21,124 bases of DNA. Origin: Myxococcota bacterium. GTDB taxonomy: Bacteria; Myxococcota_A; Bradymonadia; UBA7976; UBA1532. This document shows, one piece after another, positions 1 through 9,141 of the stretch (position 1 is the stretch's first letter; each line of letters begins with the position of its first letter). The stretch is taken from positions 1 to 21,124 of the forward strand of contig JAYZEG010000070.1 of assembly GCA_036337435.1 (NCBI GenBank), read 5' to 3'. The notes beneath the pieces were generated by a model, which saw only the letters and a list, made by a program, of their open reading frames with translations, had not been told where the DNA came from and ran no database searches. The translations under genes and the position numbers were made by a program.

Positions 1-2
1 CT

Positions 3-1346
3 GCGGTTCATCTGCACAATGAAGTTGCTTGGTATTTCAACAGAATCAGTTCATGGGGGTTCGCGCCGGCTGGTGCAAATGTTAACCGGCAAACCTGCGA
101 CACCATGGCGATCGCTGGTGAACAGAGAATGTGCTGGGAAACTGTTGAAGACCGTCTGAGTGGTGGCGGACGCTGCGGCCTAAGAGCCAACAACCCGGCT
201 GAATATGAACGCATCATCTTTCATCGGCGAGGGGGGCCTGTAACCGAGTGCAGCGCCGTCGTTGGCCAACCCGCTGGTGAGGAAGTCTGCAATGATGTCG
301 ATGATGATTGCGATGGGCATATTGACGAAGGCATACCGGGCGTCGGTGACTCGTGCCCTTTGAATACGCCAACTCCTTGCCGTCGCGGTGTATTGCGATG
401 CCAGGGCGACGGTCAGTTGACTTGCCAGCCGGTCGATGTGGCACCACAGGTGGAACGTTGCAATGGCCTGGATGACGATTGCGATGGACAGGTCGACGAG
501 CATGCCGTCGGTTCAGGAGAGCCATGTGACCTCATCGGTTTGGGCCGTTGTCAGATAGCGCAGCGCCAATGCATCGCGCCAGGTGAGTTGGTGTGTCAAG
601 CTGTCGCTGATCCGGCTGCGCAGGAGCTTTGCAATGGTTTAGATGATGACTGTGATGGCCGGATTGATGAGACATTTCAGCAGCTGGGCCAAGGCTGCTT
701 TGTCGGCGAGGGTCTCTGTCGACGTGAAGGACGCATCACCTGTGGTGGGGGGCGGGGTGAACTTGATTTAGCCTTTAACGGAGTCAGGCGAGATCTCACC
801 CATGAGCAGGCAGTCGAAATGGGGTTTACTCAGTGCTGGTCTGGCCATTATGGGGACCAGGGACCCGTCAACCCGATTCTTGAGGCATGCGCCGAAAATG
901 AACTCATGCTGGCCTGTCGACGGACCGGCCGGCCAGAACTATCGGTGGCGGCAACGGGGCGTCGCTCTATCGTCTTGACAGACGTTCGGGATGAACGGTC
1001 ACCGATGAACGTGCACAATGGCGTCAATTGGTTTTTTTCTGACAGCTATTCATGGGGATTCGTCCCGGAAGGAGCATTGGTGGTTCGGCGGCCGTGTGAC
1101 ATCGCTCAGGGCGAGGACGCGGCCCGCTTGTGTTGGCACACCCAGAATGGGACTCTCCGCGAAGGGTACCGCTGTGGTCAAGAGACCGGGCTAAACGGAG
1201 ATTTGTGGGAGCGGGTTTTGTATCATAGAACGGCACAACCCGCTTTGAGATGCGACACTGAGCCTGGTCAACCTATGGAAGAGCAGTGCAACGACGCAGA
1301 TGACGACTGTGATGGCCTCATCGATGAAGCGGCTGATTGCCAATAA
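3..1346 (+). CDS. Cys-rich surface protein, 5'-truncated by the window, with MopE-related metal-binding repeats and two copies of an unnamed Trp/Cys-rich domain
   Basis: The frame of ORF 105..1346 is open back to base 3 (AVHLHNEVAWYFNRISSWGF...), so the start lies outside the window. Four repeats: EVCNDVDDDCDGHIDE, ERCNGLDDDCDGQVDE, ELCNGLDDDCDGRIDE, EQCNDADDDCDGLIDE. Stop TAA at 1344-1346. Confidence 0.8.
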   Translation, partial: AVHLHNEVAWYFNRISSWGFAPAGANVNRQTCDTMAIAGEQRMCWETVEDRLSGGGRCGLRANNPAEYERIIFHRRGGPVTECSAVVGQPAGEEVCNDVDDDCDGHIDEGIPGVGDSCPLNTPTPCRRGVLRCQGDGQLTCQPVDVAPQVERCNGLDDDCDGQVDEHAVGSGEPCDLIGLGRCQIAQRQCIAPGELVCQAVADPAAQELCNGLDDDCDGRIDETFQQLGQGCFVGEGLCRREGRITCGGGRGELDLAFNGVRRDLTHEQAVEMGFTQCWSGHYGDQGPVNPILEACAENELMLACRRTGRPELSVAATGRRSIVLTDVRDERSPMNVHNGVNWFFSDSYSWGFVPEGALVVRRPCDIAQGEDAARLCWHTQNGTLREGYRCGQETGLNGDLWERVLYHRTAQPALRCDTEPGQPMEEQCNDADDDCDGLIDEAADCQ

Positions 1347-1457
1347 GGCCCTTGGCGGCTGTATACTTTGAGCTGTCTACGAAAATATGTAACCTATGGT
1401 CACGGGTGGGACCTAATGGATGTCGGCACCACTTCAGAAAACAGGGATAAAATTCTA

Positions 1458-3797
1458 ATGAACAGGAAACGGGTTCAAGCTTTTAGGCGGCCCAAAGGCC
1501 ATGCAGCGTACCGTAGACTATTTGCGTTTGGTTGCGTGGTTTTCATTACGGCGTGTAATAAGCCGTCGCCAGAGAAAACAGCCCCGTCGCCAGCGCCGGT
1601 CGCAAAAACTCAGGCACAAAAAAAGAATGTGCAAGAGCCGGCGAGTCCGGGTGTTAAACCGCAAACGCCAACAGTTCCAGCCGCTTTGGCCAGTCCCGTG
1701 GTCGACCCACGAAAAGCCAAAGCGGATGCTGCTGTTAAGGCATTTTGCTCGAGGTGCCACGCCTTTCCGGAGCCGAGTCAATTCACCATGCAGACTTGGG
1801 CTGAGACTTTGAGGATGAAGCTTGGTTACTTTAGAAAATACAAGATCGATGTTGAAGGCGCGCCGCCGCCCGCAGAGCTTTTCGGCTACTATGCTGCCAA
1901 TGCTGCGAAAACATTGCTCGTACCCTCGTTTGAGCCGGCTGGTAATTTCAAAACGAAGCTTACACCTGTGCGGAGTTTTGGTCTGCCCGCAGAAACCGTG
2001 ATTGCGGACCTGGTCACGACGCGCGAGGGCGATGGTTTCGGTGGAGCAGCGATACTCTCTGATTTGTTGTCCGGCCGAGTTGTCAGCGTAGACGCGTCCG
2101 GCGCAACGCAGTTACTCGCCACATTGCGGCATCCAGCGCGTCTCCATGTCGTTGATGTAGATGGAGATGGTCAGAAAGATATTATCGCAGCTGAACTCGG
2201 GACATTCAGCGCAGTCGACCACAAGCGGGGAGAAGTCGTCTTATTGAAGCGGGCGGGAAAAGCATTCAAAGCAACTAAGCTTCTTGGTGATATTGGCCGT
2301 GTATCGGAAGTTGTGTCGGGAGACCTGGATGGTGATGGTCATCCTGACCTCGTGATAGCCGAGTTCGGATGGCTGACGACGGGCTCCCTTACTGTGCTCT
2401 TCAATCCAGGTGGCAAAAAGGCCTCGAAAGCTCAGGCGTGGCGGTCAGACAAGCTCGACGCTGGCCGAGGGGCAGTGTCCGCGAAAGTTGCTGATTTAGA
2501 CGGCGATGGGGTCAACGAGATCATCGCATTGTTTGGACAGGAACGAGAAGAAGTGGTCGTCTACAAGCGGCTGCCCAACGGTCGTTTTCGGTCCAAGCGG
2601 GTTTATGAAGCTGGAAATCCGCTATGGGGTGGAACCATATTGAAGCTGGCCGACGCAGACAAAGACGGAGATTTGGACGTTTTGGTGGGAAATGGGGACA
2701 CGTTGGACTCGCCTCGCGCGGCAACTTTTCAAGGGCTGCACTTACTGACCAACCAGGGCAGTCTACGTTTTGAACACCAACAATTGGCAGCATTGCCGGG
2801 CCTTCAAGACGTCGAGGTGATCGATTATGACCGGGATGGCGACCTCGACTTTGTCTTGGCTGCAAGCGTCACACCCACCGTTCTTCAGATGCTAGAGTCA
2901 TCGGTTCCAGCGGGTCGTGTCATTGGGTCACTCTTGCTCCTACAGCGTGAAAAAGATGGCGTGTACAAAGCCGTGACATTGAGTGACCGTCCCCCCTGTT
3001 ACTCCGCGTTGGCCAGCACAAAAGACGGTGACCTATTCATCGGTAATTTCGGTCTGGGCTGGGAGATTCTCGGCCAGAAACAATCCGTGTCGGCCAATCA
3101 GAGGGCATTGAGTGATTGTTCAGATGAGGCTCCGCTCAAACTCTGGTCCTTCAAAGAGCCAAAAGGGAAGGCTGAGACTGCAGATGTGGCCAAACTGGAT
3201 TGGCGCCAGGCTGATGCCAGACGGCTCAAAGCGCGCGTCGCAGCGTTTCGACGTTTGCTCAAAACGGAGCCATTGCGAGCGGGCTATCACATGGGACTCG
3301 GCATATCACTCGCGCAATCCGGCGAAAAGAAGGAGGCGCTCGAGGTCATGCGCCGTGCGGTGGGGCTCAATCCCAACTCACCTGACTTGCACGTGAACGT
3401 CGCGACTCTCCTCAACACCATGGACGAGTACAGGGAAGCTGTCTTGATGGCAGATAAGGCACTCAAATTGCGCAAAAACTACCCGGAAGCCTTGAATGCG
3501 AAGTCGGTGTCTCTCGCACGTATGGCACGAATACAGGAGGCTTTGGACTTGTCCCGCAAAGCCATTCAGCTGAAGCCGCGTTTTTTGCCTTTCCGATTTA
3601 ATTTGGCCAACTTACTCATGTTTCAGCAAAAGGCGAATGAGGCTGTACGCGAGCTGGATGAAATCCTGGTGATCGAGCCCGGACACCCCGTCGCGCAGTC
3701 TATGAAAATGCAGTTGATGAGCCACTTACGGGGAGGGGCACCGTCGGGCGGGCCTGGTTTTCCCGGTGGAGGTTTTCCGGGCGGCCCGCCCCGCTAG
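1458..3797 (+). CDS. Putative lipoprotein: c-type heme domain, FG-GAP/VCBS-like beta-propeller, C-terminal TPR repeats
   Basis: ATG 1458 follows AGGGAT (start uncertain). Basic N-region, hydrophobic stretch and lipobox-like FITA|C; Pro/Ala/Lys linker; CSRCH at 1746-1760; DxDxDG repeats (DVDGDGQKDI, DLDGDGHPDL, DLDGDGVNEI, DADKDGDLDV, DYDRDGDLDF); TPR-like helices (RRAVGLNPNS, KALKLRKNY, KAIQLKPRF, EILVIEPGH). Confidence 0.8.
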   Translation: MNRKRVQAFRRPKGHAAYRRLFAFGCVVFITACNKPSPEKTAPSPAPVAKTQAQKKNVQEPASPGVKPQTPTVPAALASPVVDPRKAKADAAVKAFCSRCHAFPEPSQFTMQTWAETLRMKLGYFRKYKIDVEGAPPPAELFGYYAANAAKTLLVPSFEPAGNFKTKLTPVRSFGLPAETVIADLVTTREGDGFGGAAILSDLLSGRVVSVDASGATQLLATLRHPARLHVVDVDGDGQKDIIAAELGTFSAVDHKRGEVVLLKRAGKAFKATKLLGDIGRVSEVVSGDLDGDGHPDLVIAEFGWLTTGSLTVLFNPGGKKASKAQAWRSDKLDAGRGAVSAKVADLDGDGVNEIIALFGQEREEVVVYKRLPNGRFRSKRVYEAGNPLWGGTILKLADADKDGDLDVLVGNGDTLDSPRAATFQGLHLLTNQGSLRFEHQQLAALPGLQDVEVIDYDRDGDLDFVLAASVTPTVLQMLESSVPAGRVIGSLLLLQREKDGVYKAVTLSDRPPCYSALASTKDGDLFIGNFGLGWEILGQKQSVSANQRALSDCSDEAPLKLWSFKEPKGKAETADVAKLDWRQADARRLKARVAAFRRLLKTEPLRAGYHMGLGISLAQSGEKKEALEVMRRAVGLNPNSPDLHVNVATLLNTMDEYREAVLMADKALKLRKNYPEALNAKSVSLARMARIQEALDLSRKAIQLKPRFLPFRFNLANLLMFQQKANEAVRELDEILVIEPGHPVAQSMKMQLMSHLRGGAPSGGPGFPGGGFPGGPPR

Positions 3798-4174
3798 TCT
3801 TTGTGACCTAGGTGGGCGACTAGGCTGGCGCACTTGGCCTGTCGAGTTTTGATCTCCGTTAAAATCCGCTCGATGACCACGGCTGCGCGGCTGTTGAGAT
3901 ATTTACTCTCGGCAGCCTCATGACACCGAGTTGCGAGGTCTGAGGCTCTGGGAGCAAGTTTTTTTAGTACCCTGTGACATTTCTTGTTCAAGCGCTGGAT
4001 GGTGCCGATGTGTCGTTCTGCGCGGACCGCTATGCCTTTCTGCTTGGCTGACATTGCGGCCTTGAGGGCTGTTACACAAGGTTGTCGTTCGCTGTCCTTG
4101 GCTTGACTACGGGCATTCAGTGGATTGAATAACAATGCCATCAACAGACCCAACTGGCTCAAGTTTCTGTTCAT
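3794..4174 (-). CDS. Small basic secreted hypothetical protein (126 aa, 4 Cys)
   Basis: Signal-peptide-like N-terminus (MNRNLSQLGLLMALLFNPLNARSQA). ATGA overlap with the acylase stop (4171-4174). Its TAG shares the CTAG at 3794-3797 with the convergent gene's TAG. Confidence 0.6.
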   Translation of the reverse strand: MNRNLSQLGLLMALLFNPLNARSQAKDSERQPCVTALKAAMSAKQKGIAVRAERHIGTIQRLNKKCHRVLKKLAPRASDLATRCHEAAESKYLNSRAAVVIERILTEIKTRQAKCASLVAHLGHKD

Positions 4175-7100
4175 TCATTGTACTCCAATTCTGAACTGGG
4201 AGAGAATGCAAGTCGTCCAACGCTGCCATTAACGACATCGGCGACATGGAAGCGCATTGGCACGGTTTCGTTGGCGAGCCAAAGGGCAAGTTGGTCGGCG
4301 AAATGGGGTGAATTGAAGTCCCCCGATTGGCCGCCTGGAAGGATGTTACGTCCCTTGACCTCACCGGCTTTTAGTCCGATGACCATTCGCATCACCGGAC
4401 CGTTCTTGTGTCTGAACGAGCCAGACATGCCAGGATTTGCGGCATCGACCGCCCATTGGTCTCCTCCACGCGGAAACCATTTGAGAGACCGCCTCGGATC
4501 ATCATTTGTTAAGCGTGTTTGAAGGGGGAGTGTCGCAGTCGTGATGGCAAAGACGTCCAATACGCTTTCGAAAGCGGGGCTATCCGTTACGAAGTCCGCA
4601 AGGAGTGACTCGAATCGAGCTTGATGTCGCATGCCCCAAAGCCAATTGCTCATCTCTTGAGTGCCAAAGCCGCCATCGGACCCGTTCTCAGTGCTTGGGC
4701 CGCTCAAGAAACGGTCTGTCTCTTCCAGCGCAAGCAACATCACCTCAGTGCTGGTCTCCACTTGGTCGGTGCCGATTCGATCAAAGAAAACCGATTCCCC
4801 AGTTTCATCAATCCAGCTGCTGTGCTGCTTGGGATTGTCAGGTCCTCGCCCGTCCAGAAAACGTTTAAGAGCAATAATTTTGTATTGTTCTTGCGGAAGT
4901 GTCCAAGCGTTATCTACCCCTTCATCATCCCACGTCAGGTTCAGGAATGACCGAATCCAAACATTGAAGATCATGGTCGCTACGGCGGCAGCCCGATCGG
5001 CATCGCTTGGTGCGTCATAAAAGGTTTCCACGCCCGATGGTGTATCACATCCGGTCCTTATCCAGTCTTCTATCCGTTGTCGATATTCAGCCAAGCGCGT
5101 TTCGCTGAGCTCCGTTATCCTTCTGCGGAATTGTGCATCGGACAGGGCAGAGTCGATAGCTCGGATCAGATAGGGCGCGAAGATTTCTCCGAGCCGAGAG
5201 GTGCGTTCTGCTTGGATCTTGGTCATAGACTCTACATTGACTTGTCCGGCGTCCAGTTGAGACTCGAGTGCCCGTGCGATGGAGTGGGCACGGGTGGAAT
5301 TCCAAGGGCCTCCGATATATCTTGGATCATCGAATAAAGCCCCGTTGTGAGTTGCCCCGGCCGGGTCATTATTTGCAGCGACGAGATAGCCGGTCTCAGG
5401 GTTTACCGCCTGGGGAATCTCGTCGAATGGAATGACACACTGATACGGCTTGTCGTTTTTGCTTTCATCTACGCTGCCGTTTATCGTTGGTATATTGAAT
5501 CCGCCGTAGCGTTTCCCATCTAACAAGAATCGTGGATGAGCATCGACCATCCACCGACCATCGTCATCGCGTTCGAGATAGGAGCGGCATGGAAATCCTT
5601 GATATGAACTAAAGAAAATATTGCCATCTTTATCACCGCCCGCTGTATAGAGTCCGTTGCCAACGAGACCTTTCATACTCTCGCGCAGCTCCTCCGCTGT
5701 CTTCGAGAAGCCAGCCTGGTTGGCCGCGTCTAGATAGGTCGTGCCATCGAAGGCGGTATAATCGAAGCTGATCGCCGAGATCACCCCATCGTCGTCTGTA
5801 TCCCCAGGTATGACCCGGCGACCAATGGCTTGGAATACATACGATGGGCCGCCATCTTCGGTGGGTTCTATACCTTCAATCTCAGTGATTAGACGCCCGT
5901 CGAAGGTCTGATATCGGCTGTGTGTCAACTGTCGACCCTGGCTGCCAAGTGCAGGCACATCCGCCACTTGATAGGTTTCGTCTATTCTGACTAGGGGGCG
6001 CCACTCTCCTTGGAAAAATGAATGGGTCGGGCGCCCAGAGGGGTCGAGCTGCAACGATTCAGCATACCAATCGACTGTGTCCGCATAGGGATTGACTTGG
6101 CTCCACGCAACATGCCCATTTGTACCAGCACCAAGAACGGGCAATTGCGCCATAAGTATCCCTACTTGCCGATTGTCTTCCTCGCCGTAAACAGAGGTAT
6201 CGAGACCGACCAGATAGGTGACCGGCGGCACGGACAATGGAAGATGTCCATCCCCGGCGACCAATGTAAATCCCTCCTCGGTTTTTGAGCCCGAGACGGC
6301 CCATACATTCGACCCAATGCCTTCCCGTGTTCGGCGCATAAGCCGTTGCTCGATGGTCCAAAGCTGAGTCGATAGGCCGACGAGCAACTTCCTCATCGCT
6401 GACCCTGAGCGTCCATCGGGTGAGGATGGCATTCTGGGTGCGGGAAGGGCGGTGTCGGTTGGTAACCGTCCATTGAGCCCAAAGCCAGTCGTGGTTGAAT
6501 AGGGAAGTAGCGGGCTTAAGTCACCGAGGACGTCACGAAGGAAGCCTGAACGTCGTTTGTCTGAGAACGGTGCATCCTCAAAGAGGGTGTTGTGATTTAG
6601 GACGGCCGCACTGCGCTGAATGTCGCTGGTGTCGAAGGTGGTTTGATACATTACGACAGCCGCCATGGCTGTCATGTCTCGTAGGGTCCAGTCTTCAAGG
6701 AGGTCTGATGGGCTGGCCGCCAATAGGCCTGATGCCAAACTGAACTCGATGGGCGGGGATAAGATGCCTGCTCTTACCGCGTCTAAGTAGGCGTTGATTC
6801 CATCTACCACTGATCCCAAGTAGCTTCTCATGTCCAAAGACATGCCCTCGTCCAATTGTTTGGCGACAAAAGGAATGCCCGTTAATCGAGCGTCGATATC
6901 GCTTTCCAGTGCCAAATCACCCAAAAGGGCACTGATGGTGCCGAGACCCAGCCGACGTTGCATATCCATAATAAAATATCGATCACGAGCAAGAATAAAT
7001 CCGAGAACTCGACCCAGGTCGCTTCGGCTTTGCGCATACAGATTGGGTGCCCCACCCTCGGTTACGAGCACCTGAACGGGATAATCAAGACCTGGAAGGC

Positions 7101-7296
7101 CCCACGCCTCCGTGAGGGGGACTGATTCGATCATTGTTTTTGGGTCTGAACGGTCGTCGTCGGCGTCTGGTCTCAATGACAGGTCGGTTAGGACGGAGAG
7201 ATCACCCATACCTCCGTCAGTCCTGGTTGGACCTGTATCGGACGAACCGCAGCCTGCGCTTGCGGCAACCATCATCACTAAGAGGCGATAACTCAT
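4171..7296 (-). CDS. Penicillin acylase family Ntn-hydrolase (peptidase S45), probable lipoprotein
   Basis: Alpha-subunit motifs (GFILARDRYFIMDMQRR, GINAYL); nucleophile motif GIG|SNVWAVSG with the Ser codon at 6310-6312; DGHL, GTNGHVAWS, NPETGYLVAANN, PGGQSG..SPHFADQLALW. Start placed at ATG 7296 because it overlaps the upstream stop (ATGA) and gives a lipobox-like ASAG|C. Confidence 0.9.
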   Translation of the reverse strand: MSYRLLVMMVAASAGCGSSDTGPTRTDGGMGDLSVLTDLSLRPDADDDRSDPKTMIESVPLTEAWGLPGLDYPVQVLVTEGGAPNLYAQSRSDLGRVLGFILARDRYFIMDMQRRLGLGTISALLGDLALESDIDARLTGIPFVAKQLDEGMSLDMRSYLGSVVDGINAYLDAVRAGILSPPIEFSLASGLLAASPSDLLEDWTLRDMTAMAAVVMYQTTFDTSDIQRSAAVLNHNTLFEDAPFSDKRRSGFLRDVLGDLSPLLPYSTTTGFGLNGRLPTDTALPAPRMPSSPDGRSGSAMRKLLVGLSTQLWTIEQRLMRRTREGIGSNVWAVSGSKTEEGFTLVAGDGHLPLSVPPVTYLVGLDTSVYGEEDNRQVGILMAQLPVLGAGTNGHVAWSQVNPYADTVDWYAESLQLDPSGRPTHSFFQGEWRPLVRIDETYQVADVPALGSQGRQLTHSRYQTFDGRLITEIEGIEPTEDGGPSYVFQAIGRRVIPGDTDDDGVISAISFDYTAFDGTTYLDAANQAGFSKTAEELRESMKGLVGNGLYTAGGDKDGNIFFSSYQGFPCRSYLERDDDGRWMVDAHPRFLLDGKRYGGFNIPTINGSVDESKNDKPYQCVIPFDEIPQAVNPETGYLVAANNDPAGATHNGALFDDPRYIGGPWNSTRAHSIARALESQLDAGQVNVESMTKIQAERTSRLGEIFAPYLIRAIDSALSDAQFRRRITELSETRLAEYRQRIEDWIRTGCDTPSGVETFYDAPSDADRAAAVATMIFNVWIRSFLNLTWDDEGVDNAWTLPQEQYKIIALKRFLDGRGPDNPKQHSSWIDETGESVFFDRIGTDQVETSTEVMLLALEETDRFLSGPSTENGSDGGFGTQEMSNWLWGMRHQARFESLLADFVTDSPAFESVLDVFAITTATLPLQTRLTNDDPRRSLKWFPRGGDQWAVDAANPGMSGSFRHKNGPVMRMVIGLKAGEVKGRNILPGGQSGDFNSPHFADQLALWLANETVPMRFHVADVVNGSVGRLAFSPSSELEYNE

Positions 7297-7865
7297 ATTT
7301 GATCCAGTGGGTGTGATTTTCGATTTTTCTCTTTGGTCCGGTGAGCGTGCCCTTTGAACTTGCGCCCCGCACCATGGCGCCAAGTCCACATAGAGAGAAT
7401 GAGAAGAACATAGAGCGTGAGTTGTGGTCGGGCCAAATCGGTCGGTGTTGATGATACGCAGCTACATGATGGTGCCGTTGGTGCTCGACTCAGGCCCGCC
7501 TGAGTTGTCTCCTGCGTTGCCGCGACATGAGTTTTCGGCAACATGTCGGCCTGGGCTGCGAGCGGGGGTGGCATTAAGTGCGGAGGCAGCAGTGACCGCC
7601 TTGAGCTCGTTTTCGGCCCGTAATTCGTAGCCAAGTAATCCAAGATTTTTGCTTCGTCGCTGGGTGGAATTTGCCATAGATTTTGGGTTGCCTGCATCCA
7701 ACGGATAGTCTTTTTCCATTCGGATCGGGTTCCTCGGTTCTGTGTAATGAGACTTGCGGAGTGACAGCTCGTACAATGCGCCTTGACGAAAAGAACACCC
7801 TCTGATTCAGCCAATGCTGTAGGCGCACTTTGAATTATAAAATAAAACGCGATGGTGGCGGTCAT
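7293..7865 (-). CDS. Monoheme cytochrome c, probable electron acceptor of the sulfite dehydrogenase (SorB/SorU-like), with C-terminal membrane anchor
   Basis: ATG 7865 in an ATGA overlap with the Mo-enzyme stop; signal peptide ending ALA|E; CTSCH at 7761-7775; WKKTIRWMQ...ILDYLATNYGP; C-terminal SCSC, hydrophobic stretch and basic tail. Confidence 0.8.
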   Translation of the reverse strand: MTATIAFYFIIQSAPTALAESEGVLFVKAHCTSCHSASLITQNRGTRSEWKKTIRWMQATQNLWQIPPSDEAKILDYLATNYGPKTSSRRSLLPPHLMPPPLAAQADMLPKTHVAATQETTQAGLSRAPTAPSCSCVSSTPTDLARPQLTLYVLLILSMWTWRHGAGRKFKGHAHRTKEKNRKSHPLDQI

Positions 7866-9121
7866 GAAGCCTCGATCCGGATGGCGACTCGATGGCACGC
7901 ATTATTCAAGTAACCTTTTGGATTCCATCCCGGCAAGACCATTGGTTGGCTACGGCCATCTTCGTCTGTTGCGCGAGCCCATATCTCGTAATAACCAGGT
8001 CCCATCTTGGGAAGTGTAAGGCGAAACTGCTGCCAACAGTATCGATTGAGGGGTCGATTCAATTTGGCGCGAATCCATGTTTGGCCAAAGTCCACCGAGA
8101 TATGTAGTTCTGCGACGGGTCCAGTCCCACTCCAGGCGTGCCCCTCAACGTCGACGGGGCTCGCCTCTTTTAAAACGGTGCCAGAGGCGGGCCTTGTGAT
8201 GAGAGATTTGACTGGCATGTCTTCGATGATGCACATGTCAGTGTCCTCAACCGGAGAGCCTGGTGCCACCGGACGGCATGGGATGCGATACGATTTTTCG
8301 CCCATTTTAGGCCCGTCGTGTACTTTGTTTCGAATGAGAAGCCCCGTCAGCCATTTGCCAGAACATGAGCCTGGAAAGCCAGGGACGACAAGCCGTAACG
8401 GATAGCCATGCAAACGAGGGATGGGCTCATGATTCATGCTCCATGCGATCATGCAGTCATCGCTCATCGCCTTTTTCAGCGGGATGCCCCTTGATATAGG
8501 CTTCTTCCCATCCTGCCCACTGAGATGGCTGTCTGCGCCAACATACGCGACGTAGATGGCGTCGCTCGTCATTTCGACCTGTTCCAGCAACGCTTTCAGC
8601 AGGATGCCAGTCCAGGTAACACAGCCGACCGCTCCCGTCGTCCACTGGTTGCCCTTTGCACTGGGGGTGAATTCGTTCCGGCCATTGCCAGCGCATTCGA
8701 GGACATAGGTCCGGGTCACGATCGAGAAGCGAGCTTTCAATTCAGCAATGGAAAAGGTGACGGGTTTCTTGATCGATTCACCCTCAATGATGAGACGCCA
8801 ATCTTCGGCAGACCCTGCCTTCGGGGGGATTCCATTGTTGCGCACAAAAAGGTGGCTTGCCGGCGTGACCTGATGGGTGAGAAGATGCGCTGGCGTTTCA
8901 ATATTAAGTGGCCGCTCGTTTAAGACGGTCAGTCCGCTTATTTTACTGGACGGTAAGTTCGGTGGCCTTGGCCCAGCGTGGACGCTGCTGACGAACTCGA
9001 AATGGTCATGTCGCTGGCCAAAAAGTGAGAAAAGTGCCATTGCCAAGCCACCCTGAATGAGCGTCCGCCGGCTCATTGATGACCGTTGAGTACCGCCTTG
9101 GCTTGTGTGCTGATTGGTCAT
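7862..9121 (-). CDS. Sulfite oxidase family molybdoenzyme (SorA/SorT/SoxC-like sulfite dehydrogenase), Tat-exported
   Basis: Twin-arginine SRRTLI signal; LFVRNNG; Mo-ligand motif LECAGNGR; HGYPLRLVVPG; SGKWL; dimerisation domain (VKSLIT, GHAWSG, SVDFGQTW, WARATD..G..QP, WNPKGYLNN). Confidence 0.92.
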   Translation of the reverse strand: MTNQHTSQGGTQRSSMSRRTLIQGGLAMALFSLFGQRHDHFEFVSSVHAGPRPPNLPSSKISGLTVLNERPLNIETPAHLLTHQVTPASHLFVRNNGIPPKAGSAEDWRLIIEGESIKKPVTFSIAELKARFSIVTRTYVLECAGNGRNEFTPSAKGNQWTTGAVGCVTWTGILLKALLEQVEMTSDAIYVAYVGADSHLSGQDGKKPISRGIPLKKAMSDDCMIAWSMNHEPIPRLHGYPLRLVVPGFPGSCSGKWLTGLLIRNKVHDGPKMGEKSYRIPCRPVAPGSPVEDTDMCIIEDMPVKSLITRPASGTVLKEASPVDVEGHAWSGTGPVAELHISVDFGQTWIRAKLNRPLNRYCWQQFRLTLPKMGPGYYEIWARATDEDGRSQPMVLPGWNPKGYLNNACHRVAIRIEAS

Positions 9122-9141
9122 TCACCCCCCCGAAAGAGAGT

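Noticed and set aside
3733..3794. GC-rich repeated GGTTTTCC segment as a terminator or DNA repeat
   Set aside because: It lies within the CDS and encodes the low-complexity GGPGFPGGGFPGGPP tail.
7297..7389. Longer acylase start at 7389 (likewise starts at 1368, 7898, 13162, 13883, 18839)
   Set aside because: Downstream ATGs give better RBSs, ATGA coupling or properly placed signal peptides; the extensions overlap neighbouring genes or look non-coding.
7293..9121. SoxCD of a Sox thiosulfate-oxidation pathway
   Set aside because: No soxXA, soxYZ or soxB in the window, and the cytochrome is a small monoheme type, fitting a stand-alone sulfite dehydrogenase better.
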